Positions 49,820 to 58,009 of a stretch of 64,000 nucleotides of DNA are shown one piece after another. Origin of the DNA: an uncultured delta proteobacterium. GTDB taxonomy: Bacteria; Desulfobacterota; Binatia; Binatales; Binataceae. The notes under the pieces are model-generated. The model saw only the letters and a program-made list of their open reading frames with translations, had not been told where the DNA came from and ran no database searches. The DNA lies in contig CAVXXK010000001.1 of the NCBI GenBank assembly GCA_963765675.1, forward strand, positions 864,001-928,000, in the 5' to 3' direction. Position 1 is the stretch's first letter. Each line of letters starts with the position of its first letter. The translations under genes were made by a program, and so were the position numbers.

Positions 49820-50240
49820 GCGGCGGGGAAGACACAGGCTAAAGCCTGTGCCACTTAAGACGAAAACGGAAGCAGCAGCCAAAATGCCAAGGCACCGCGT
49901 CACAAAAAAAACACCAAGGCACCAGAAAAAGAGAGCGGGGACTTGCTTTTGGGAAGGACTCGCTTCTGCTTCGTGTCTGTTCTTCGTGCCTTGGTGATTT
50001 GATTGGCTCGCGGAGGGTCAGCACGAGGGGCGGGAGTACCGGCTTGCGGAGACGGGCGCGTCGCGACGCGCCCCTACGAATCTGATTCTTATTCGTAGGG
50101 GCGGCTCGGGAGCCGCCCGTCTTCGCAGGGCTGAACAGAACCCCTGCGTGTAGATCTTTCGCCTCCTGCCAAGATGGCAATTCAAACCGCCATGACACTT
50201 CGCGTCGGCCGACGGGCCGTCGGCATCCACTGACAGTAGG
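49820..50240. repeat. REP mosaic (GTGG-REP, ACCAAGGCACC array, GTAG-REP pair, GTGGATGCCGACGG)
   Basis: Copies at 49833-49854, 50054-50118 and 50206-50230. Confidence 0.85.
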
Positions 50241-50459
50241 AAGCTGCTGGCCACAGGCGATCGGGCTCTCGGCTACATTGCGCGGGGGGCGATCGAGGAT
50301 GTCAGGCTTTAGCCTGCGTTCTGAGGAAGCGGAATTGATCATGAAGACGGGAAATGGATTCGTCGCTTACCTTCCTGGATTCAAAGGTTCGGACGCCCTA
50401 CTGATTTTGGCGGATTCCGAGACGATCGATTGGCTGATGGCACAGTTTGGGTAGCGATG

Positions 50460-50590
50460 GTGTGTCGTGGAGTCGGCCAACCCGCGCTGCGTGCGTAGGT
50501 AGCTCTCATACTCGTCACGCAGGAAGCCCTCATCTCTGTCCTTTCGCAACCGCTGCTGCGCACCGCAATTGCTCGACGGGGCGATACCAT
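50460..50590 (-). pseudogene. Fragment of a tyrosine recombinase (RIT-element type)
   Basis: LRDEYESYLRTQRGLADST resembles the core-binding domain start of RIT integrases; truncated at the left arm. Confidence 0.5.
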
Positions 50591-50599
50591 TGATCGGCG

Positions 50600-50626
50600 T
50601 TGACTAGACCGACCGGTTGGTATACT
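50600..50626 (+). promoter_or_regulatory. Promoter with an overlapping TetR-type palindromic operator
   Basis: TTGACT-N15-TATACT spanning TAGACCGACCGGTTGGTA (NemR-box-like); spacer is short. Confidence 0.55.
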
Positions 50627-50638
50627 CGATCACAGACA

Positions 50639-51283
50639 ATGGCCGAAAGTCCATCACGAACGAGCATTCTTAAGACGGCCGGCGATCTGATGCTCAAGTA
50701 CGGCTATGCCGCAACGTCGATCGACGACATTTGTTCCAAAGCGCGGGTAACAAAGGGGAGCCTGTACCACTTTTTTGAAACCAAGGAAGAACTCGGGCTC
50801 GCGGTCCTGAACGGATTCTACGAGCGAGGCGTCGCGCGCGTGGCAAGTGGCGCATACATGGGGATGAATGACCCGTACCAGCGTCTGCTCGGTCTGTTCG
50901 ATCATCTCGAGACGATTGGACCGGACCTCTGGCGCCACGGATGCCTGATGGGGAACTTCGCCTGCGAGTTCGCCGAGTCGAGCCAAACTATACGGCGCCG
51001 CGTAGCCGGGATGTTCGAAGAGCTGGTGAATAGGTTGTCGCCGATCTTCGGGCCGATCGCGCGCGACCGAAAGGAAGCGGACGAGCTGGCGGAGCAAACG
51101 CTCATGGTGATCGAGGGTGCGGTCGTTATGGCAAGGGCGCACGACGATCCGAGTCGCATAGCCTCAGGCGTGCGCCGCTTTCGGCGCACGATCGAGGCCC
51201 AGATCGGGAAGTCGAGAACAGCTACGGAGAAAATAAACCGAGGGCGAGCAAGTTCGCCCCTGCAACACAAGGGAGGAGAATAG
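50639..51283 (+). CDS. TetR/AcrR-family regulator (NemR-like)
   Basis: GYAATSIDDI..VTKGSLYHFFETKEEL, HGCLMGN. Confidence 0.9.
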   Translation: MAESPSRTSILKTAGDLMLKYGYAATSIDDICSKARVTKGSLYHFFETKEELGLAVLNGFYERGVARVASGAYMGMNDPYQRLLGLFDHLETIGPDLWRHGCLMGNFACEFAESSQTIRRRVAGMFEELVNRLSPIFGPIARDRKEADELAEQTLMVIEGAVVMARAHDDPSRIASGVRRFRRTIEAQIGKSRTATEKINRGRASSPLQHKGGE

Positions 51284-51285
51284 CC

Positions 51286-51888
51286 ATGTCCGAGTCGTGG
51301 ACCCTTAAAGGATCGTACTTCGAAACCTGCAACTGCGAGACCGCCTGCCCGTGTGTCTTTTTGAGCCCTCCCACCGAAGGCGATTGCACCGTGCTTGTCG
51401 CCTGGCACGTTGACGAAGGCCGCTTCGGTGAAGTCGCGCTCAATGGCCTCAACGTGGCGCTTGCGGTCCACAGTCCGGGCCACATGGCAGAGGTTAAGTG
51501 GAAGGCGGCGCTTTACCTCGACGAACGCGCCTCCGGAGAGCAGCAAGAAGCCCTAACGAAAATCTTCAGCGGTCGGGCGGGGGGTCATCCTGGCCGTGTC
51601 GCCCAGCATATTGGCGAAGTGCTTGGGGTCAGAAGCGTACCGATCGAGTATAAGGCGGACGGTAAGCGACGCTCAGTTCGAGTGGGCAATGTGGCGGATG
51701 CGACGATTCAAGCGATCGCGGCGCCGGCGGGCGACGTAACCGTCAGCGGTCATCCGCTGGCGCTAGCGCCCGGCTTCCCGGCGGTCGCGGCACGGTCGGA
51801 AAGGCTCCGCTACCAGGATCACGGCTATAGTTGGGAGATCTCGAAAAAGAACGGGTTCTATTCTCCGTTCCAGTACGCCAATGGGTGA
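51286..51888 (+). CDS. DUF1326-family protein
   Basis: GSYFETCNCETACPC...PTEGDC, YLDERA..EQ.EAL.KIFSG.AGG. Confidence 0.85.
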   Translation: MSESWTLKGSYFETCNCETACPCVFLSPPTEGDCTVLVAWHVDEGRFGEVALNGLNVALAVHSPGHMAEVKWKAALYLDERASGEQQEALTKIFSGRAGGHPGRVAQHIGEVLGVRSVPIEYKADGKRRSVRVGNVADATIQAIAAPAGDVTVSGHPLALAPGFPAVAARSERLRYQDHGYSWEISKKNGFYSPFQYANG

Positions 51889-52684
51889 CTCGACCCTGAA
51901 GGTGCGAGATCCAATCACCGCCCTGCTGCGCCGCGATCGCTGGGTGGTTCTGGGCGGCTTGGCCGCACTGACTCTCTTCACCGCCGTCGAAAGCCGGTCG
52001 GTCGGAGATGCGATGATGCGCACCCCATCGCCTTTGTTGTGTGTATTTCTCTCGGCCCGATGGGGACCCGCCGAGCTGGCGACAATCGCGCTGATGTGGA
52101 GCGTGATGATGGTCGCCATGATGACGCCGACCGCATCGCCGATGGTGTTGGCGTTCGCCGGGCTTGAGCGTCGGCGTATCGGCGGCACAGGCGCTCCTTG
52201 GGGAACGACGAGCACTTTTCTTAGCGGATATCTGCTGGTCTGGATGGGCTTCAGCGTACTGGCGACGCTCGCCCAGTGGGGTCTTCATTCCGCAGCGATG
52301 TTATCGGCTGGCGGAATGAAGATGGCGAGCTCTTCGGTCGCTGCGGTGCTTCTGGTGAGCGCGGGAGTCTTTCAGTTCTCGTCAGCGAAATCAGCCTGCC
52401 TGAAGCATTGCCGCACACCGGTCGGCTTCCTGCTCTCCGAGTGGCGCGAGGGAATGGGTGGCGCGCTTGTGATGGGCGTTCGTCACGGGCTGTACTGCGT
52501 CGGCTGTTGCTGGCTATTGATGCTGCTTTTGTTCGTCGTCGGCGTGATGAACGCAGCGTGGTGCGCGGCGCTTGCCACTCTCGTTCTTGCAGAAAGGGTT
52601 TTGCCCGGCGGGCTGTGGCTCGCGCGCACAGTGGGTATCGTACTCGCTCTGTCAGGTGGCGCTTTGGCCGCCGGCATCTGGTAG
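51881..52684 (+). CDS. DUF2182 metal-binding integral membrane protein
   Basis: MWSVMMVAMMTP, KSACLKHCRTP, GLYCVGCCWLLM; usual partner of DUF1326. Confidence 0.85.
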   Translation: MGDSTLKVRDPITALLRRDRWVVLGGLAALTLFTAVESRSVGDAMMRTPSPLLCVFLSARWGPAELATIALMWSVMMVAMMTPTASPMVLAFAGLERRRIGGTGAPWGTTSTFLSGYLLVWMGFSVLATLAQWGLHSAAMLSAGGMKMASSSVAAVLLVSAGVFQFSSAKSACLKHCRTPVGFLLSEWREGMGGALVMGVRHGLYCVGCCWLLMLLLFVVGVMNAAWCAALATLVLAERVLPGGLWLARTVGIVLALSGGALAAGIW

Positions 52685-52707
52685 CGGCCACCGCCGGTGT
52701 TGTGTAA

Positions 52708-53100
52708 CGCGTCGGCCGACGGGCCGTCGGCATCCACTGATTCTTATTCGTAGGGGCCGCTCGGGAGCCGCCCGTCTGGGAAGAGCCAAAGATAGCCGAT
52801 CCGTGTAGAGCTTTCCCCTTTTGTTCATGATGGCAATTCAAACCGCGATGACGCTTCGCGTTGGCCGACGGGCCGTCGGCATCCACTGACAGAAGGGAGC
52901 TTGCGGAGACGGGCGCGTCGCGACGCGCCCCTACGAATCTGATTCTTACTCGTAGGGGCGGCTCGGGAGCCGCCCGTCTGGGAAGAGCCGAAGATAGCCG
53001 ATCCGTGTAGAGCTTTCCCCTTTTGTTCACGTTGACAATTCAAACCGCGATGACGCTTCGCGTCGGCCGACGGGCCGTCGGCATCCACTGACAGAAGCAA
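52708..53100. repeat. Tandemly duplicated REP mosaic (~200-bp period)
   Basis: 52740-52895 is nearly identical to 52942-53097, with a related copy at 50084-50236. Confidence 0.85.
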
Positions 53101-53367
53101 CAGCTGGCCACAGGCAATCGGGCTCTCGGCTACATTGCGCGGGGGCGATCGAGGATGTCAGGCTTTAGCCTGTGTTCTGAGGAAGCGGAATTGATCATGA
53201 AGACGGGAAATGGATTCGTCGCTTACCTTCCTGGATTCAAAGGTTCGGACGCCCTACTGATTTTGGCGGATTCCGAGACGATCGATTGGCTGATGGCACA
53301 GTTCGGAAGGCGGCAAAACACTAGCCTGTGGTGGTGTATTTCAGGTCGGGACCTTGCTTGAGAAGAC

Positions 53368-54093
53368 TCACTTTACGTCCAATTCCTTGAGTTTTGCCGC
53401 TGCCGTTCCGTAGTTGCCAAGATGAAAAACAGATGCTCCTGACGGAGAGAAGGTGAAATCCTCAAACGGTGCTGCGACCATCTTTTTCAGGTAATCCACC
53501 GGCGCAAGGCCGGTGGTAACGTGCAGCTCTAAATGCTCGCCGGAATGCTCCGGCACATATACCTCGATGTAGTGAATCGTCGCCTCATTAATATCCGGGG
53601 CAGCGGGAGTGGTGACGAATGCGGCCGCGGTTCCGGTCCGCACCGTGTAAGGCGCCACGGCGTCAATCAAATCCTTCTGCAGCTTCACCAATTCCGGAGT
53701 CGTCTCCACCACGATGCCCGATAAGCCTAAGCCCGGCAGCGACGGAGAGGTAAGGTAGTAATATTTGTAGGCCTTCAATTTAAAACTGGCAATATTGTAG
53801 CTTTCGAAGACTTTGCCGGCGGCGGCGTAAATCTTGTCGAGGTCCGCCGTGCGGACGTAACGCTGCAACATCGAGATGTGCGGATGATGCGTCGCGTCGA
53901 GCGAAAAGCCCTTCGGGAACACCGAGCGCAGGCGAGCGTTCACGGCTTGCGCGTGATGCACCATCGTGGCATCCGGCTCCAGCGCTATGTCGATGGCAGT
54001 GATGGGACTTGGTTGTGCCATCGCTGCGCCCCAATAGCCCAGCAACGATGCCAGGAAAACGACGATTGAGGCGGCCTTCGCGAATCTGTTCAT
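53368..54093 (-). CDS. Secreted protein, probable 2H-phosphoesterase fold
   Basis: Signal peptide (..AAMA-Q); two Hx[ST] motifs, PHISM and LHVTTG. Confidence 0.6.
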   Translation of the reverse strand: MNRFAKAASIVVFLASLLGYWGAAMAQPSPITAIDIALEPDATMVHHAQAVNARLRSVFPKGFSLDATHHPHISMLQRYVRTADLDKIYAAAGKVFESYNIASFKLKAYKYYYLTSPSLPGLGLSGIVVETTPELVKLQKDLIDAVAPYTVRTGTAAAFVTTPAAPDINEATIHYIEVYVPEHSGEHLELHVTTGLAPVDYLKKMVAAPFEDFTFSPSGASVFHLGNYGTAAAKLKELDVK

Positions 54094-54151
54094 GCAATGC
54101 TCCGCTTATTGGATAGGAGTAAAAACCGTCCGCGGACGTCTCGAATCGTCT

Positions 54152-55177
54152 TCATTTGTCAAAAGTGAAAATTCGCTTCCAGTCATTCTTCATGCTGATC
54201 ACGTTCCAGCCCCTGGACTTGGCCTCATCGTAGAGCGCCTGCGTGAACGTCCCGACTTTGGTGTCCGGTAGACCATCGGCAGGGCCGTATGCGTACTCGC
54301 GTGCGGGATCATCGTGCAACACCAACATCATCAACCGTGCGCCGTCGCCCGCCTGGGTCCATTCCAGCATCTGCTTGTCGCCGGGCGAGTTGCCAAACGC
54401 CGCGTAGGGCCGCTTGCCGATAAACAGGTTGATCCCGACGGGCTTGCCGGCATTGTCGTCGATGAAGAACACTTTGGGCTCGCGCATCAGTACCGGTTTG
54501 CCGTCCCGGTACTCGAATTTGGTCAGGATGCTCGATCCCACGACCTGCTCGGGCGGGACACCATAGACACTTTCGCTGTATACCCGCACGAACTCCTGGC
54601 CGCCGCCAGTGACGATGTAGGTTTTGAATCCATTAGCGCGCAGGTAATCCATGACCTCGAGCATCGGCTGGTAGACGAGGGCCGCGTACGGCTGATGAAA
54701 TCTCGGATCTCTGGCGGTTGCCAACCACTGCTTCACAAGCTGCTGGAACGCTTCGGTCGTCATTCCGGCATGGGTCGCTGCGAGGATAATTTCCCAGTCC
54801 GATTCCGAGAACTTGCCGATCGCCGCACGATCGTTCGTGAGAACCGCCTTGAACGGATCGCGTTCTTTCCATTCGGGATGCTGCGGGGCCAGCTCGTGCA
54901 CGCGGGCTAGCGCAAACGTAGCCTGAGTATACAGGGGATGTTCGACCCAAAGGGTGCCATCCTGATCGAAGGTGGCAATGCGATCCTGAGGTTCGACGTA
55001 TTTGGTGCCAGACTTGTCTGTAACTTCTTTGACGAAAGAAACGATCGCCTGTTTCGCCGGCCCGTCGTTCCACGATGCAAGCGCTGGTGTCTGAGCGTTT
55101 GCGTGGAGACTCAACGCCAGAAACATGACGATGACGAAAGCGCCGGGCAGCTTCGGGATCTTCCGACGAGAGTTCAT
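54152..55177 (-). CDS. Secreted HAD-family phosphatase (nonspecific acid phosphatase-like)
   Basis: FDQDGTLW, YQPMLEV, IVTGGG, AFGNSPGD. Confidence 0.88.
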   Translation of the reverse strand: MNSRRKIPKLPGAFVIVMFLALSLHANAQTPALASWNDGPAKQAIVSFVKEVTDKSGTKYVEPQDRIATFDQDGTLWVEHPLYTQATFALARVHELAPQHPEWKERDPFKAVLTNDRAAIGKFSESDWEIILAATHAGMTTEAFQQLVKQWLATARDPRFHQPYAALVYQPMLEVMDYLRANGFKTYIVTGGGQEFVRVYSESVYGVPPEQVVGSSILTKFEYRDGKPVLMREPKVFFIDDNAGKPVGINLFIGKRPYAAFGNSPGDKQMLEWTQAGDGARLMMLVLHDDPAREYAYGPADGLPDTKVGTFTQALYDEAKSRGWNVISMKNDWKRIFTFDK

Positions 55178-55428
55178 TGCGCTCCTTATCGAACGATTCT
55201 CGATTAACTTTGGTCAAATCGACGCTCCGACTCTATTGTACCTTGGTACAAGGAGGACGGTCTCCCTCGCGCTCCCCCTGTTCAGGGGCGCGGTGGGGCT
55301 GTTGCGGTGTCGGCTATGGGGCGCAAGCATCGCAAACCGCGATGACGCTTCGCGTCGGCCGACGGGCCGTCGGCATCCACTGACAGGAAAAAGACCGCTG
55401 GCGCGCCATAGGCGCTCGAGCTTTCGCG

Positions 55429-56670
55429 CTACATTGCGCGGAGGCGGTCGAGGATGTCTTCGGAGAATAGTTCTGCGGGAAGTAGCTCGGGGCCTACGAA
55501 GGCGGCGGGACCGAGATCGGGAAGGGCGTTGCGGGCGCGCGCTTCGCGGACTTTGATTCGGCGCGCGCGCGCATCGGGGCCGAACTCTACGTTCAAGATC
55601 GACAGGGTCGAGGCGGTCAGGCGCAGCCGGCGCATCCGCTCGCGCCGCTCCTCGGCGTAGGGACGGAAAATCTCCGGAGTCCAGTCGCGATTCTCGAGCA
55701 TCAGGTCGCGCACGATTCGCACGTCGCGATAGGTGATCGAAAGCCCCTGCCCGATAATCGGATCGTTGTGGCCGGCGGCGTCGCCGATCAGAACCACACC
55801 GGGCGCGTACGGCGTGTCGGTCCAGGTGTCCTCGTTACCGTAGGAGTTGCAGGGCCCGGCAGGGGTCGCGTTCGCAAGATACTCGCTCGCGGGGACGTAT
55901 CCGAGTTTGAACGCGTCGAGGAAGCGCGCCTGGTTGTCGGCGCCGGCGAACCGGCGGCGGTCTTCGAGCGCATAGCAGATGTACAGCCGGACCCGGCTCG
56001 CCGATTGCGGAAACGCGAGAAAGTTGATCGTGTTTTCGGTTCCGAAGATTTGCAGGTCCTCGGGCCATCCGTCGGTGTCGTCAACCAGAAGCCCCGCCAT
56101 CAGATGGTGCGAAGGATCGCGATGATACTCGATACCGGCCTGGCCGCGGACGATCGAGTTGCGGCCGTCGGCGCCGATCACGATGCGCGGGTTGTATTCG
56201 GTAAGGCGGCCGTCGTCGCGAAATCGCACTGCGGGCGAGGCGCCGGGGGTGACTGCGACGTCGGTGACGCCCCGGATGAGCACCGCTCCTCGCGAGGTCG
56301 CGGCGGCATTGAGGAGATCGCACATCTCGGGATGACGCATGCATAGCGGAGGCGGCAGGCCTATCGACTCGAACGCGGTGAGGTCGAGCGTCTGGCTTTC
56401 GGCGCTGGCGCGATCGAGATCGTCGCCGTAGGGGATGTGGCGCTTGAGGTGATGCCCGCCCGCTTTTTTAAGGAGATCATACAATCCGAGCCGCTTGGTC
56501 TCGGCGACTCCCCACGGAGCGATCCACTCGCCGCGCACGTGATCGACGTGGACGGTGGATTTCTCGAGGATGGTCGTCGCGATTCCGGCTTGCGCGAGGC
56601 TGGCGGCGAGTGCGCTGCCGCCGATTCCTCCGCCGATTATCACGACGTCGGGATTGTTTTGGTTGGGCAT
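55429..56670 (-). CDS. FAD-dependent monooxygenase/oxidoreductase
   Basis: IIGGGIGG, GADGRNS, LIGDAAG.NDP..GQG. Confidence 0.9.
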   Translation of the reverse strand: MPNQNNPDVVIIGGGIGGSALAASLAQAGIATTILEKSTVHVDHVRGEWIAPWGVAETKRLGLYDLLKKAGGHHLKRHIPYGDDLDRASAESQTLDLTAFESIGLPPPLCMRHPEMCDLLNAAATSRGAVLIRGVTDVAVTPGASPAVRFRDDGRLTEYNPRIVIGADGRNSIVRGQAGIEYHRDPSHHLMAGLLVDDTDGWPEDLQIFGTENTINFLAFPQSASRVRLYICYALEDRRRFAGADNQARFLDAFKLGYVPASEYLANATPAGPCNSYGNEDTWTDTPYAPGVVLIGDAAGHNDPIIGQGLSITYRDVRIVRDLMLENRDWTPEIFRPYAEERRERMRRLRLTASTLSILNVEFGPDARARRIKVREARARNALPDLGPAAFVGPELLPAELFSEDILDRLRAM

Positions 56671-56714
56671 CGTACGAGCGATGATAAGCACAAAATCGGC
56701 GATGTTGTCAGGAG

Positions 56715-56885
56715 GCGGCGGAAGACACAGGCTAAAGCCTGTGCCACTTAAAACAAAGATTCAAATCAACAGTCAAAACACCAAGGCACCAAGGAAAGAC
56801 ACCAAGGCACCAAGAAGAAAGGAAAAAGAGAGCGGGCCTTCCTTTGTGTCTTGGTGTCTTGGTGGTTTGATTGGGCACAGGCTGC
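56715..56885. repeat. REP mosaic related to 49820-50005
   Basis: GTGG-REP at 56726-56747 followed by an ACCAAGGCACCAAG inverted array. Confidence 0.8.
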
Positions 56886-57028
56886 GCAGCACGGTGCTTG
56901 CTCGGGGGGCGCTGGTGTGGTTGCATGGCGGATCGGGCGCGGAAGACTTTGCGATGCGTCGCGCCCGCTATGATCGAAATCTTAAAGCGCGCCAGTTCTC
57001 TGGCGCGGTATAAAGTTGGCTCCGACCG

Positions 57029-57187
57029 ATGAAAAGGACCTACCAGCCGCACAATCGCCGCCGCAAACGAACCCACGGATTCCTTGCCCGGATGGCCTCG
57101 CCGGGAGGACGCGCAGTTCTGAAACGCCGCCGCGCCAAGGGCCGCAAACGCCTGACTCCCACGATTCCGCGCAAGCAGCCGGGCTGA
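57029..57187 (+). CDS. rpmH: 50S ribosomal protein L34
   Basis: [22 protein letters not shown]...GRKRL, 52 aa, read directly (below the ORF-track cutoff). Confidence 0.95.
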   Translation: MKRTYQPHNRRRKRTHGFLARMASPGGRAVLKRRRAKGRKRLTPTIPRKQPG

Positions 57188-57218
57188 TCCGCGCTCATCT
57201 AGAGATGAGCTCTCCAAG

Positions 57219-57626
57219 ATGAGCTTCGGGGCTGCGAGCTTCGGAGCCGCCGACCGGCTGCATCGAAGCGCGGAGTTCCTGCGCCTTCAGCGCCGGGGAA
57301 TCCGGCTGCAGGCCAAGCACTTCGTTCTCTATGCGGGCAGAATTGACTATGCGGGCGATCATGCGGGCAAACACGAATCCGCCGCGAGTCCGCGCAAACG
57401 GCTCGGGATTACCGTCTCGCGACGGGTGGGCAACGCAGTGGTCCGAAATCGGGTCAAACGCCGCGTGCGTGAATGCTTTCGGCAGATGCTGCGGGAGCGA
57501 CTTGACGAGGGGATGTCGCTAGTGGTGATTGCGCTGGTGGGGGCGGGTAATCTTGAGCAGACGGCTATCAATGCCGAGCTTCTGACTGCTACTTTGAACC
57601 TCGCCGGAAGGCGGCCACGCCGATGA
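57219..57626 (+). CDS. rnpA: Ribonuclease P protein component
   Basis: [25 protein letters not shown] motif. Confidence 0.93.
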   Translation: MSFGAASFGAADRLHRSAEFLRLQRRGIRLQAKHFVLYAGRIDYAGDHAGKHESAASPRKRLGITVSRRVGNAVVRNRVKRRVRECFRQMLRERLDEGMSLVVIALVGAGNLEQTAINAELLTATLNLAGRRPRR

Positions 57627-58009
57627 GTTTTCGCAAGGGCGACAATATCTATCAATTAGCCGGCCGCCTCGCGGCCAGCGGATTCCAATTAGCCGGCCGC
57701 CTCGCGGCCATCGGATTTGGATTCGCGATGCGCGGGATTTCCGCGATCGCCCGCGCACTCGCGCTCGCGATGATCGCGATCTATCGGCTGGCGATATCGC
57801 CCTTGCTGGTCGCGATGTTCGGGCGGGCTTGCCGCTTCGAGCCGACCTGCTCGGAGTACGCCGCGCTCGCGATCAGGCGGCATGGGATCGTGCGCGGAGG
57901 CGCGATGGCGGCCAGAAGGCTCGCGCGATGCCATCCACTGGGAGCGCATGGCTACGACCCGGTTCCCGCCGCGAGTGACGGGCGGGGAAATACCTCAGGA
58001 AGAATTTAA
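57623..58009 (+). CDS. yidD: Membrane protein insertion efficiency factor YidD
   Basis: YRLAISP...[10 protein letters not shown]...RCHP.G..GYDPVP; a 33-bp tandem duplication (57652-57715) lies in the N-terminal extension; start uncertain. Confidence 0.88.
   Translation: MSFRKGDNIYQLAGRLAASGFQLAGRLAAIGFGFAMRGISAIARALALAMIAIYRLAISPLLVAMFGRACRFEPTCSEYAALAIRRHGIVRGGAMAARRLARCHPLGAHGYDPVPAASDGRGNTSGRI

Larger units (their letters stand above)
49302..55458. mobile_element. Head-to-tail array of three arm-cargo-arm units (49302-50303, 50304-53159, 53160-55458)
   Basis: 147-bp left arm at 49302-49448, 50304-50450 and 53160-53306; right arm (REP plus monooxygenase 3' tail) ending at 50303, 53159 and 55458. 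Confidence 0.75.

Noticed and set aside
48470-53310. CRISPR array suggested by recurring ~24-bp palindromes
   Set aside because: Copies alternate in orientation, spacing is irregular, spacers are themselves repeated, and there are no cas genes; the pattern fits REPs.
56885-57028. oriC upstream of rpmH
   Set aside because: No dnaA, no DnaA-box cluster and no AT-rich unwinding element seen.
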